Positions 12,206-25,172 of a stretch of 64,000 nt of DNA are shown piece by piece. Numbering within the stretch: position 1 is the first letter of the stretch; the number at the start of each line of letters is the position of its first letter. The notes under the pieces were generated by a model. It was not told where the DNA came from, did not search any database, and saw nothing but the letters and a program-made list of their open reading frames with translations. The stretch comes from Octopus vulgaris (Eukaryota), in contig OX597828.1 of NCBI GenBank assembly GCA_951406725.2, positions 74,586,001 through 74,650,000 on the forward strand. The letters run 5' to 3'. The position numbers and the translations under genes are program-made.

Positions 12206-13121
12206 GCAAACTCTCAGTGTCTTTACTTATGAATATTGGGTTCAAATTTTGACACAAGCACAGCAATTTCGGAGGAGGAGAAAAGCCGATTACATCGACC
12301 CCAGTACATGCCTGGTATTTATTTTATCGACCCTTTAAACATGAAAGGCAAACTCAGTCTCGGTGGAATTTGAACCTAGAACATAAAAACCTACGAGTGA
12401 CCGCTGAGCATTTTCCCAGTTCGCCTATGTACGTTATGCAATGTCAGGGGCAAAATTCAAATCCAGTAGAACTTTGTTGTAGTCCTCTATGAGCCTGTGT
12501 CTTCTTTCAACCCTCTTCAGTTCAAAATCTATAACAAAGTTAAAGGAACGTGGAGATAGGATATATCCTTGTTTGACATAAGTTTAAAGAGGAAAACCAT
12601 GTTGTTTTCTCAATAACAAGTGTACAACTGAAAGAGCGTAGAAGTGTCACTTAGGTTGTACAGAGGAAGTCTTTAGTGCCGGTGGCACACGGAAATATAG
12701 CTAGTTCTTTCTGTGGAACGCTTGATAATATAAAGGGTGACGAGTAGTAATAACTGGAAACTTTAGTGGGAAAAATTAAGGGAAGAATTTAGATGCTATA
12801 TTTTTCATGCGGGTAATCCGTCTAGAAGAGCAGTAAACGTATCCAACAAATGGTAGAGATAGGTACTTAATTTCGAAGAAGCTAATCTCTATGGAGGCGA
12901 AGGTAGGATAAAATATACCCGGTATAATGTGTGTGTCATGCAACATCGTTAGTTTTCTGTTGTCGTATGTGACAGATGACAAAGGAGGAGTGAGGCGCTG
13001 TGAGGTCGGCGAAACCGATCCTGGCATGGAATAATGAAAGGGGACACAAACATGCACACATATTATAGTAAAAAACAACAAAAAGTCTAATTTAATTAGG
13101 TTTATAATTATGGAGTAAAAT

Positions 13122-13154
13122 TATAACGTTTCGGACGCAGTCCTTTGTCAGATA
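13122..13154 (-). ncRNA. Degenerate minimal hammerhead-like motif (PLE-type)
   Basis: Minus strand: tat CTGACAA A GGAC-tgc-GTCC GAAAC GTT ata. The core deviates from CUGANGA. Confidence 0.45.
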
Positions 13155-14462
13155 CTAGAGGGAAAAACAAGGAAGAGAGGAACAGAAGATAGAAAAGAAG
13201 AGAGCAAGGAAAAAACAGGTAGGTAAGATCATATATATAATTGGCTTCGAATCTAGATGCTCCTTTAGGCCAGAGCTTATAACAGTTTCCGAAGCGTCTG
13301 ACAATACAGGACTCTCCACATCCTGGACGGGGCGCCTCTCCATCACAACGTTAACTCACAACTACAGTTGACACTCAATTGCAGCCGAGTAGACTGGAGA
13401 AACGGGAAACGAATTGCCACGTACTGCCCAATCTAAAACTCGAAACCAAGACTTAACGATCCCGAGTTCAACACTTAAACCTCCACAAGAGAGAAAATGT
13501 ACTCAATACAAGTGCAATACTTATTTCTTCAGGACTGGGGATTTTTCTCCATCGCTACGTGCAGTTTGTCATTTCTATCTTTCACCCTGTACTAGTACCA
13601 GTATTATACGTAGGTTAATTACGAGGTGGGTGGTGAAAAGTTTCTGGCATATATATATGTTCATTTTTACCATGTTTCCTATAGATGACTATATTTTATA
13701 TTAATTTTAAATAAACTGAGAGGGGAATATGTCGAATAAAATTTATAACTGATCTTCCTGTATTTTCTATTACCCCAAAGTCAACAACATTTCAGCGCCT
13801 CCTCATATATTTGACCCCCGTCACAAATACACAATTTTGAACCTGTTCTAGAAATCTATATTAAACCATACAGCTTCATTCATTTCTTTAGTCCAATATT
13901 CCGTTAGTCTTAGTAAATATTCGGTTCGTTATCTTCTAATTAATTTTTTCATCCAAACTTCTTATCATTTAATCAAAACCAGATAAGACGCTGTTACTTT
14001 AATCAGTAATCCGAGTTCACTGCACCTAATCTAATCAAAGACTTAGCAGCAATATTTTAAATCTCATTAAGATAATTTCTGTAGAATTAATGAACAACAT
14101 GTGGAGAAAATGTTATGAGACAGCTTATGTTTCTCATTTGTGATATGTTTCCCCCCCCCCCGCCCAATGCTATCAAGGTGTCTCAAGTTCGTTCCGAGTG
14201 CTTGGCATCTCGGGTGTCTCGTGGGCCTAGAACTCGTGACTGAAATAAGCGAAACTTCTACGGAAGTCTGTCGGATGACTTCCGTATAGTTTATGTATGT
14301 ATGTTTACAGAAGATCTGAGTTCGAGTCCCACGGGTAGCCTCCGACATTTTTTTTTATCCAAAGGGCTTTTTACATCCGATATTTACACGGGATTATTTA
14401 TAGCTTTATCTACTTCAAGTTCCACCGTTACCAAACGAATTATTTCATTTCTCGAAGTTTCA

Positions 14463-14509
<47 letters not shown>

Positions 14510-15184
14510 ACGTAACTGGTTTTGTTACTGTTAGATTACTTTAACTCGTGAAACAACAAACGATGCACCTCAAATTCAACGAAAAGAAGAAAGTCATTAC
14601 CTGCAGTTTTTATTTTCCTGTGAATTCGACTTGAGGGCCATTATGCAAAAACCTGTAGGAATCGGTTGTTTCACAAGTTGTAAGGGGGAAACAACAAAGA
14701 CAAAGTTCGCGCATCTTCAGTAATAACTGCGTCTGTTGGTGGTTGTCACGAAGAGGTTGTTGGCTAGAAATAGAAAAAACAAACGTGCAGTGTCTGAAAG
14801 TGATAACGACTGACCCTTAATATTCCGAAAGGGTTCGCATTCATTTAAGTTGGAAAACGGTATGTAGGTCGGAGAACCATGTGAAGTAGATTAGCTTGTC
14901 GAAGCTAACCAGTATTTAACCAAAGAATGTTGATTTAAACAAAAGAACTTATCTAAGTTTGAAGATTGACCCTCACAAATTTCTGAGTGGTAATGCCGAG
15001 AACAGTGCAAAGGATCTCGTACAAAAAATCTAGGCTAAGGTTTCGATTCCAGGAAACGGTTTGTTTTATATCTCCCCTTTTTTCTACCTCTCTTGTCAAA
15101 CCTTTTTTTCCCCCAACCAGTCCCAATACTTGATCGCTAAATCCACAGTTTTTTTTTGTTCTCTCTGTTTATTTTCTCTTATTC

Positions 15185-15220
15185 CTTTCTGTTGAAGAGC
15201 GTAGGCTCGAAACGTAAAAG
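15185..15220 (+). ncRNA. Minimal type-I hammerhead-like motif with variant core, in a PLE-like terminal repeat
   Basis: Stem I cttt/aaag, core CTGTTGA+A, stem II GAGC-gtag-GCTC, then GAAAC-GT-A with a loopless palindromic stem III. A second copy of the same repeat lies at 60845-60879. Confidence 0.6.
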
Positions 15221-15309
15221 ACTTTTTCACTTTCCCGAGCGTCAAACTAATACACCAGCCTGTTGATCATACACCTGTCTTCGTCTTTTGTTTTTCTGTA
15301 AATTTCAAC

Positions 15310-15341
<32 letters not shown>

Positions 15342-15380
15342 TGTATGTATGTATGTATGTATGTATGTATGTATGTATGT

Positions 15381-15415
<35 letters not shown>

Positions 15416-16267
15416 CATGTGTGTGTGTATGTGTGTGTATGTATGTGTGTGTGTATGTGTGTATGTATGTATGTATGTGTGTATGTATGTACGTATGTAT
15501 GTGTGTATGTATGTATGTGTGTATGTATGTTGGTAATCTCTTTGTGTTGCTTTAAAAATACGGATTGTGAATTGGTTGGCTCGGTGAGCACGAGGGTATG
15601 TGGTTTGTGAAGATAAGTAAATCCGAATCCTTCGAAAGCAGCAGCAGTCTAGTGATGACGATGAGTTCGATCTATATCAGCTCAGTTTAATCCCACGCCC
15701 AACCCCTACGTGCTTCTTGGCTGCCACTATCGGGGTCCATTGTTTCAAGTATTCAAATATTCATGGCTGTAGTCCTTTCTCCACCCGACTTGCTGAAAAC
15801 GGCAGCCAATTCACTGTCAAATTCTACATTTCTATGTTGAAACAAGTTGTATTATCACAGACTGTGCCTTTGGATTCATTTGCGTCACATTGATGGAAAA
15901 AAAATAACGGTCGTTCATTTCTCCATCAAACTTTTCTAACACCTGTCAGGTCCTTAAACTTAAAAATTTAGTTCTTTTTGTTTCTAGAAAAAGAGAGAAT
16001 AATCCCGATTAACCCCAACATGTGTATCACATGTGATACACCGGACATATCTATTTCCCGGACACCTATTCAGCATATTTCATACATATTCCCAATTAGT
16101 TTTCATCCACCAGAATAATTCGAGCCGAATGAAAAGAAAACTTGTTTTCCTTTTGCTAGTGAGAACGGATGAAACAAGGATTCAGCATAAACCAGAAAAG
16201 AAGCCTGGACGTTGAAGAGAAACTTTGGATAGGTGCAGCAAGTTCTAAACCAATTAACTGGCAGCTG

Positions 16268-16382
16268 TGCGGATGACATGCTGAGGTCACGATCATTTTA
16301 CGAGATCGGCCGATTGTTTATAGCTTTATCTATTTCAAGTTCCACCGTTACCAAACGAATTATTTCATTTCTCGAAGTTTCA

Positions 16383-16476
<94 letters not shown>

Positions 16477-16566
16477 CAAATTCAACGAAAAGAAGAAAGT
16501 CATTACCTGCAGTTTTTATGCGGATGACATGCTGAGGTCACGGTCATTTTACGAGATCGGCCGATT
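16268..16566 (+). other. Templated insertion of 14397-14612 sequence flanked by a 48-bp direct duplication
   Basis: 16268-16315 equals 16519-16566 with 1 mismatch. The insert 16316-16518 matches 14397-14612 minus an internal segment of about 60 bp. Confidence 0.9.
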
Positions 16567-16862
16567 TACCGACCAATCCTTGTTAAGCAATCATCGGGTC
16601 ACGTTAAGCACGTGATTCGACTTTCCAGAACCTCTTGATGATTCTTATAAAAGGGGGATTTTTTCGGGCAGTAATTTCAGGATATCGAGTCAGTTGTTTT
16701 AACAATTCCATTCTCAGTTTTTTTCCATTTTGTTTTCCATTCTTCAGCCGCGCAGATTGGAGGTAGAGATATTTGCCATCACGGATTTAGCACGATGCTT
16801 CCCCAGCTGTGACGGCCCGACACAGATCGATACGAACCAGCTGTTGTGTCGTAGGCCCCACA

Positions 16863-16900
<38 letters not shown>

Positions 16901-18039
16901 AAATTGTTTCTTTTCTTTTTTATTCTCCATCCCAAAATCAATATCGAAAACTCCGTGCAGAAAATAAAACTTCTGTTAATCATTTGTGAGTGTTGCTTAT
17001 CATTTTACACGCTGCCAACAAACAAACACAACCACGTGACACAGGCAAACGGTTATGAATCCTCAACCATCTCCACTCTCCTTTCTCTTTCTTTCTCTCT
17101 CTCACTTTCTCTCTCTCACTTTCTCTCTCTCACTTTCTCTTTCTCTCTTTCCCTCCTCCCTCTCTCTCTCATTCACACAGTAAAATAAAAAATGTCCTTT
17201 TCCGATAATAATCCAGTAAATTAATGTTAATGATGATGACGTAGTCATTACGTCATGAGATTGTTTTTGTTCCATCATATTCATTTAAGGGAGAATACCC
17301 AAATCGTTTTTTTTTGTTTTGTTTGAGAATTTCTTTTTGTTTGTTCATTTCTTTTGAAACATCCTGTTACGTTTTTCTCAGTGTTTGCCTGTTTACGTAA
17401 AACAACAGTCAACCAACTGTGTTTGTTGCCTGCGACGGCGGCGAGAAATCCGGAAACAAGGCGGTCAAAGTCTTCTCTTCTTCAATATCGGTCGAACAAA
17501 CGTCGATCTTGGTTCAATATGTGCTCAGTATACGATGGAGGGTTGCAACGCAATCAGATGCCCAATAAAAATTATATATTATGCTTTTGGCGTCTGTTGA
17601 AGAGAAATTTGGGAAAATTAGCTATTGGCTACCTCAAGATCGATCCAATATGCCGTTACGTATTTCATGAAAATTATTTCTGTGAAACAGTTCCTTTTAG
17701 AAATTCGTCATTTGTTCAAGGTGGTACCCAAAAATATAGAATTCAGCACGAAGTTGTGAGAAAGCATAAAGGACTTCAACTATGTGTCCCTGGTCAAGTC
17801 TTCTCAGATGATGATTAAAATGAACTTTGCTTACAGAAATAGTGAACAATGTCTTCTGTTTGTCTTCGTGTCTCCTGTTAATCTTTCCTTCTCTCGCTCA
17901 CTAAAAATGTTTCCATGATGTGTCGACATCTTTCTCTTGGTTAAGGAATAAAGCTTTGTTTCTTTCTTATACACCGATTCTCTTTTGCTTCTATCTCAAG
18001 ACGAATAATAATAATTTATTTTAATTTTAAAACAAGGGC

Positions 18040-19310
18040 AGCGATTTTGAGTGGAGAGGATGACAGGTCGACTGCATCAGCCCCAGTGTTCTACTGGTAC
18101 TTATTTTATCGATTTCAAAAGGATGATGAATAAAGTCGAGCTCGGTAGAATTTGGACTCAGAACCGGAACGAATGCCGCTGACCATTTTTCTTTTTTCAG
18201 AAACAAATGATTCTACCAGATTCTACTACAGGCAAAAGGCTGGAAAATTGAGGGGCGGGGAGTCGATTACATTGACTTGCAGTGCTCACGCTGGTACTTA
18301 TTTTACTGACCCTGAAAGGCTGAAAGGCAAAGTCGACTTCAGTGGAATTTGAACTTAGAACGTGAAGCAGGAAAAAAAAAGCTCCTTAACATTTTGTCCT
18401 GCGTGGAACCGATACTGCCAGCTTGCTGTCTTTTTCTATAAGAGTAATAAAAATAATAAAGATTTCAAATTTTTGCCACAAGGGCAGCTTGGGAGAGAGG
18501 TGGGGATGGGTTGATTATATCGACCTCCAGTGTTCAACTGGCACTTATTTTATCGACCCCAAAGGGATGAAAGGCAAAGATGACCTCGGCGGAATTTGAA
18601 CTCAGAACGTAAAGACAAACGAAATACACGTTTCTTTACTACCTACAAGGGGCTAAACACAGAGGGGACGAACAAAGACAGACAAACGGATTAAGTCGAT
18701 TATATCGACCCCAGTGCGTAACTGGTACTTATTTAATCGACCCCGAAAGGATGAAAGGCTAAGTCGACCTCGGCGGAATTTGAACTCAGAACGTAGCAGC
18801 AGACGAAATACGGCTACGCATTTCGCCCGGCGTGCTTAACGATTCTGCCAGCTCGATGCTTTAAATAATGATAACAATAATGATGATAAAGGTAGTGAGC
18901 TGGCATAATGGTTAGCACACCGGGCGAAATGCGTAGCCGTATTTCGTCTGCCGTTACGTTCTGAGTTCAAATTCCGCCGAGGTCGACTTTGCCTTTCATC
19001 CTTTCGGGGTCGATAAACTAAGTACCAGTTACGCTCTTGGGTCGATATAATCGACTTAATCCGTTTGTCTGTCCTTGTTTGTCCTCTGTGTTTAGCCCCT
19101 TGTGGGTAGTAAAGAAATAGGTATTTCGTCCGAATGTTCTGAGTTCAAATTCCACCGAGCTCGACTTTGCCTTTCATCGTTTTGGTTTGATAAATTAAGT
19201 ACCAGTTACGCAGTGGGGACGAAGTTATCGACTTATTTCTTTAGTATGTTCTTGTTTGTCACCTCTATGTTTAGCCCCCACCCCACCCCGTGAGCAATAA
19301 AGAAATAATA

Positions 19311-19346
<36 letters not shown>

Positions 19347-19850
19347 TCTTTTCTTTTATAGGCACAAGGCCTGAAATTTGGGGCTGGGGACAGTCGATTA
19401 CATCAATCCCAGTACTCATCTGGTACTTAATTTATCGACCCCAAAAGGATGAAAGGTAAAGTTGACCTCGGCGGAATTTGAACTCAGAACGTAGCGACGG
19501 ACGAACGTACAGCACCAGAAGTGTCGACCTTGTCTCATCTAATTAAAGCAATAAAATACCGCGAATTTTTACAAAAATTGCGAAGGTAGAGGGTTGAAAA
19601 TGGACAACAATGGAAGCATTAAATATAACTCTTTCTAATTTTAGAACAAAGTCAACTATTTTGAAAAGAGGACGAAGTCGATTAAATCGGCCCCAAATGC
19701 TCAACTGGTGCTTGTTTTATAAACCCCAAAAGGATGAAAAGCTAAAAACGACATCGAGCGTATTTGAACTCGGAACGTAAAGCCGGGGGGAATGCAGCAG
19801 TTTGGCATTTTGTCTGACGCTCAAACGATTCTGCTTGTTCGCCGCTTTTG
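18040..19850. mobile_element. Dense SINE family A cluster in alternating orientations (- - - + - -)
   Basis: Young minus dimer ~18465-18858, plus dimer ~18890-19310 and minus copy ~19350-19505. Older minus copies lie at 18040-18430 and 19630-19850. Confidence 0.85.
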
Positions 19851-20039
19851 AAACATTAATTATTTCAGACTTCAAATTACGAAGTTACTGAAAGCAGGAT
19901 TATATAAAAGCATTTTTAATGTCAGAGGAATTCATGCATTTTAGAGAATTCGATCATTTATTACTCCTGGTGTTTGTCAGTAAAAAGTTCTTTTTCGAAG
20001 TGTGGTTAATATCGGTGTAATGAAAAAGAAGCGAACATT

Positions 20040-20115
<76 letters not shown>

Positions 20116-20410
20116 ATGGCTTTGTGGTTAGGGTGTTGCACTCACGATTGCGAGATCGTGGGTTTGATTCCCAGATTAGGTGTTGTATTGTGTTCTTGAG
20201 CAAAGCACTTCATTTCACGTTGCTCTACAATCGTTTCGACATCTGACATGTGAAACCTATTTGCACCTGTACAGGTGATTTCGATCAGATGGAGGGAGTG
20301 AGCTTATGTCGGCACAAACATTTGATTACTAGAAACAAATTCTATCTGTGTGGTTGTTCGGTAAGAAATTGTAGAACCCTCAAACGTAGTCTAACGACAG
20401 GAGAGTCCAT

Positions 20411-20475
<65 letters not shown>

Positions 20476-21018
20476 TTAATCGATGAAGCACTAATAAGGT
20501 CGATCATATTGATCCATTGAAGGCAGTGATTCCAGCTTGGTCGGATTCTAATGATTGTTAGGAAACCGTGACTCGCAGTCTGTCAGAGTCAGAGTCAAGT
20601 GTTTTAAATACAGCCAATGTTCCGGTGAGACTGAGTCTAGTCCAGTAGCGGAATCCATAAAGGTATCCCAACGGTACCAATTAGTGGCGATAAACCGCGA
20701 CTGAACTAAAAGGTACCCAAGGACGCGTTGGTGGTGTTAAACAGGGTGGCGTATTATGCGTAGCATTCATGACAGGTGCAAGGTGTAGACGACCAACAGG
20801 CTTCCACTCAGTTTCCGTCTGCTTTATTTTGGTAGTCAATGTGTTGAGCTGAGGGTACAAATATAGGTAAAAGAGATAAAATAAAGAATGAGAGAGAAAC
20901 AAAAGATTTATACGTAGAAATAAACAGGGATATTATTTTTCGGTAATTATTATAGATATTATTAGAAATATTGCATTTCTAAATCTCTCAGCGAGACTTA
21001 TACAGTAGCAGCACGGTA

Positions 21019-21280
21019 TAGTGATGGTTTGTTGCCAACTTAATGTGGAAGTCCCAGGAAATGGAAGGTTGCTACTGGTATTTAGCCGTTCAGACTGAAT
21101 TCTATAGCCCTTCAGAACTAGTCTCTGCATGCTGGCTTTGCTGGGTAGAGGTGCTTATCTCTCCAATTTGAACGCTTGTGTCACATAGCCAACTGGAAAC
21201 GGTGTTTCCTGGGGCTAAATAGCAGTAGCAACCTTCCATTTCTTGAGACTGCCACACTAAGTTGGCAGCAAACCATCACT
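21019..21280. repeat. Foldback (inverted) repeat, ~68-bp arms
   Basis: 21019-21086 matches the reverse complement of 21213-21280 at about 90%. Related single-arm sequence lies at 43320-43460. Confidence 0.85.
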
Positions 21281-21281
21281 T

Positions 21282-21348
<67 letters not shown>

Positions 21349-21400
21349 CAATAAGAAAATGGAGGGGATCAATAGGTAGTTCATCAACTTTTAGACATTA

Positions 21401-22245
21401 CTAGCAGAATTGCCCGGCGTTGCCCGGGGCTGAATTGCTTGAAAGTACTGTTAATGATTGCACTGAATTATGATGATTATTCAGGCAAATATTGATATAA
21501 GTTTACGGTGGGAGATAAGGACTTAACGATCAAACGTGTGCCATTGCATTGTTTTGGGGGAACCAAATTTCTGATGAGCATTATAGGGGCACCAACTTTA
21601 AGTTTGAGAAAGTGTGGTGGTAGTCCGGGGTGCTCAAAGGAATTGAGTACCTCTATTGGATAGTTGATGACGTCCTCTGGGTCAGGAGTTGTATCGATAG
21701 ACTGATATACATAGACTTCCCCAGGAATGAGTTTTAGCATTTCATCATTAATATGGTGAACAGTTTTATTCCTCGGGGCCAGTATAGCCTTTTTACCAAT
21801 CCAATCCATATTCTGATAATTAGCTTGTAGATCTGGGAACACTGCATCTCTGAGATCAGAAGGCGTCTTAACAATGGTACAAATGGAATCGATGGCAATA
21901 TTACCATTTTCATCCCCTGGTATTTTGCCTTCGCCAAGTGCAAGGAGGGTGTGAGGAAATGCTGCTGATGCGATATTACGTCGCATATGAGCACGCATAG
22001 TGGTGTGAAGTTTGAGAGTTACTTCCCTTTATTTAAAAAAATATGCATTAAAATGGAAAAAAATGATGGTAAATTATTTGTAAAATCGTAGACTCATCGT
22101 AGACGCGCGCTAATACCCAGAAGGGCTCGATATGAATCACGACTATAAGATACCCGGTTTTGGTTAAACTGCATCGCAAAATGTTGGAGTAGTTAGGAAT
22201 CTAAATCGGAGTAGACAGACACACAACCTTTCTTTTATATATAAA
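21401..22245 (-). mobile_element. Helitron deletion derivative carrying part of the RepHel helicase
   Basis: Minus-strand 3' end has the hairpin CCCGGGCAACGCCGGG then CTAG|T at 21401. A 5'-end-like TTTATATATAAAAG sits at 22245, and the PIF1 fragment is internal. Confidence 0.9.
21477..21998 (-). pseudogene. PIF1-family DNA helicase fragment of Helitron RepHel
   Basis: Motifs LLALGEG, AILAPRN, YQSID, YPIEVLNS..PGLPPHFLKLKVGAPIMLIRNL...CNGTRLIV are typical of Helitron PIF1 domains. There is no Walker A, so it is a fragment. Confidence 0.92.
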
Positions 22246-22915
22246 TATTTTCGTCCTAAAAAACTTTGTATGGATTGAATGGTTACCTCTATGGAAATAT
22301 ATACACGCACATTATACATACATGTGTGTATAGATGATTATATAAATACATTTAAATATCTATATACACTTTTGGGCGATCTTTCTGTTTCTTAGAGATA
22401 ACTTTAGATCTTATTTTCGTCCTAAAAACTTTGTATGGAGTGAATGGTTACCTCTATGGAAATATATACACACACGTTATACATACATGTGTGCATAGAT
22501 GAATATATAAATACATTTATATATCTATATACACTTTTGGGCGATCTTTGTGCTACTTAGAGATAACTTTAGATCTTATTTTCGTCCTAAAGAACTTTGT
22601 GCGGAGTGAATGGTTACGTCTATGGAAATATATACACACACATTATACATACATCTGTGTATAGATGAATATATAAATACATTTAAATATCTATATACAC
22701 TTTTGGGCGATCTTTCTGCTACTTGTATATACTTTAGATAAAAAAACTTTGTATGGAGTGAAAGGTTACCTCTATGGAAATATATACACACACATTATAC
22801 ATACATCTGTGTATAGATGAATATATAAATACATTTAAATATCTATGTACACTTTTGGGCGATCTTTCTGCTACTTGGATATACTTTAGATCTTATATTC
22901 GTCCTAAAAAACTTT
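22246..22915. repeat. Tandem repeat, ~165-bp unit, about 4 copies
   Basis: Unit TATTTTCGTCCTAAAAAACTTTGTATGGAGTGAATGGTTACCTCTATGGAAAT...TTTTGGGCGATCTTTCTG...AGATCT starts at ~22246, 22412, 22578 and 22739. Confidence 0.95.
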
Positions 22916-22930
22916 CCTGTCACACACTCA

Positions 22931-22993
<63 letters not shown>

Positions 22994-23029
22994 ACACGCA
23001 CACACACACACACACGTTAGCTTACAATT

Positions 23030-23652
23030 TTATTTATATATTTGCGTGTCTATGTGTGTAAAGAGGAAGTGGGAATGCAGAGTGAAAGAGTGAAATGGTA
23101 AAATATTTAGTTTTCTCGAATTTTTTCTGAAATGGGGGTGAAATTGAAAGAAATTTTGTATGCCATGACCGAATGGAAGTACTTTGAAAAATCATAGGTA
23201 AACTCTAATTGAAGAAATTGTGTGAGGAGTAAATCGTTATGTATTTATTTGTTTCTGTTTGCTGTGTTGTTTTTTGTTTTGAGTAGTGGTTTAAGGTACA
23301 CTTCTCTCGTTTTATATAAATACTTTCACTTTAATCGTTGCACACTTGCAAAGAGAAAGGAGGAGAAATTAGGGTGATAGCATCAGTGAAGCAGTTCGCT
23401 CCGTTTGTGTGTGTGTGCGTGTGTGTGTGCTGTAGCCCACACGAAGAAAAGCACTTCACTTACACACCACAATGCGAGTTTTCTCGAAATTTTGCTTAAT
23501 TGGGGTTGAAATTTGAAAAACTGGACCTGGCACGACCCGATGTATTCTACTCTTAAAAATGCTAGGTAAATTGTAATTGAAGAAATCCTATATTGTAGAT
23601 TTCTATAAGAGACAAAGGGAGGCAGATACAATCTGCCTTTTATAATAAGAGA
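23030..23652 (-). mobile_element. Helitron-like 5' segment
   Basis: The minus strand begins A|TCTCTTATTATAAAAGGCAG at 23652. This is the outer boundary of the composite insertion (see findings). Confidence 0.6.
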
Positions 23653-24039
23653 TATTATGTCAATTTATTTATTTATTTACTAAAATGACAGTTACAAGAA
23701 TATATTATATATATATATTTTTTTTTATATGTAAAGCATAATATGTTACACATGTATGTATATTGTTGTAATTGTTATTTTAGCAAATAAATAAATAAGT
23801 CGATATAATATAATGTCTAAAAGTTAATGAACCACCTATTGATCCTCCCCATTTTCTTATTGCTCTATAAATTAATGGTAAAATAACTCTTTACCCTCAC
23901 CCATTTATTAAACTCGGTAATGTAATTGCCATGCAATAAAAAACATTTGTGTATTAATAATTGGGTATTCTGCCAGCAGTATATTGGATAGATATTATCC
24001 CTTGGTTGGTTGGATTCACAACCTCTAATTTTCTTGGAG

Positions 24040-24193
<154 letters not shown>

Positions 24194-24684
24194 TATACAC
24201 ACACAAATATATATTAGTGCTAGAGGTAACAGTTAAGTGCCCCTGAGACCACCATAGCTAAAAATAAGGAAGAACAATAATAGGTAATGTGATCTTGTAT
24301 ATATTGTCTGAAATTAAGATGGAATGGTTGGTCATGGCTGGAACGCCTTTGTCATGGTTCCCTTAGGGTTAAGCAGCAACAACAACACACACGCACACAC
24401 ACTCATACATATATATATAATTTCATCCGTTTCAGCTATGCAGCTGCGGTCATGCTGGAGTACCATGGTAAAACTGTAAAATAATGAAATCCTAACACAG
24501 AATTGAAAAGAATGCAGATCATTCGTGTTATTGTCTGCGAATGGGTCGAGTATTGAGACGAGAAGTGGGAAGAGAGTGCGGATCGAGGCAGGGTTTACGT
24601 TTGCTTGTTATAGGTTATTATATGCGCCGACAGATTCTGTAGGACGGGTTTGACGCACAAGAGAAGAAAGAATAAAAATTAGCA

Positions 24685-24861
24685 TGAGAGAGAGAGAGAG
24701 AGAGAGAGAGGAAGATGGAGATGGGTAAATAGGGAGAGAGAGAGAGAGCTAGATAGGAAGAGCTAAAGAGAGAGAGAGAGAGAGAGAAAGCTGGAGATAG
24801 AAAAATAGATAGAGAGAGCTAAAGAGAGAGAGAGAGAGTTGGAGAGACAGAGACAGAAAGG

Positions 24862-24919
<58 letters not shown>

Positions 24920-25020
24920 AAGAGAGCTGAAGAAAGAGCGAGGGGGAGAGAGAGAGCCGGAGACAGAGAGACAGAATTGTAGAGAGAGAAATAGTTGGAG
25001 GTAGCGAATTGAAGAGAGAT
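24685..25020. repeat. Degenerate (GA)n purine tract
   Basis: Directly visible. Confidence 0.9.
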
Positions 25021-25172
25021 TAAGCTGTGTGAACGAAGAGGAAGAACGAGGTTATTCGAACGGTATTCGACTCCATATTGTAAATCGTTGCTGATTTAAG
25101 ATAAACAGTTTATACGATACATAAACGGCGTGAAGAAGCGAGAGAATAAAGAGAAGCCCAACGTGGAATTCT

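Noticed and set aside
17354-17818. 154-aa ORF in unique sequence
   Set aside because: No recognisable domain, a non-ATG start and no supported splice structure. It cannot be called without a homology search.
22246-22915. 165-bp tandem array as CRISPR array or retrozyme
   Set aside because: Whole units repeat with no unique spacers, no hammerhead core was found on either strand, and the context is eukaryotic.
24240-24262. CCCTGAGACC resembling miR-125
   Set aside because: The match stops after 10 nt and there is no precursor hairpin.
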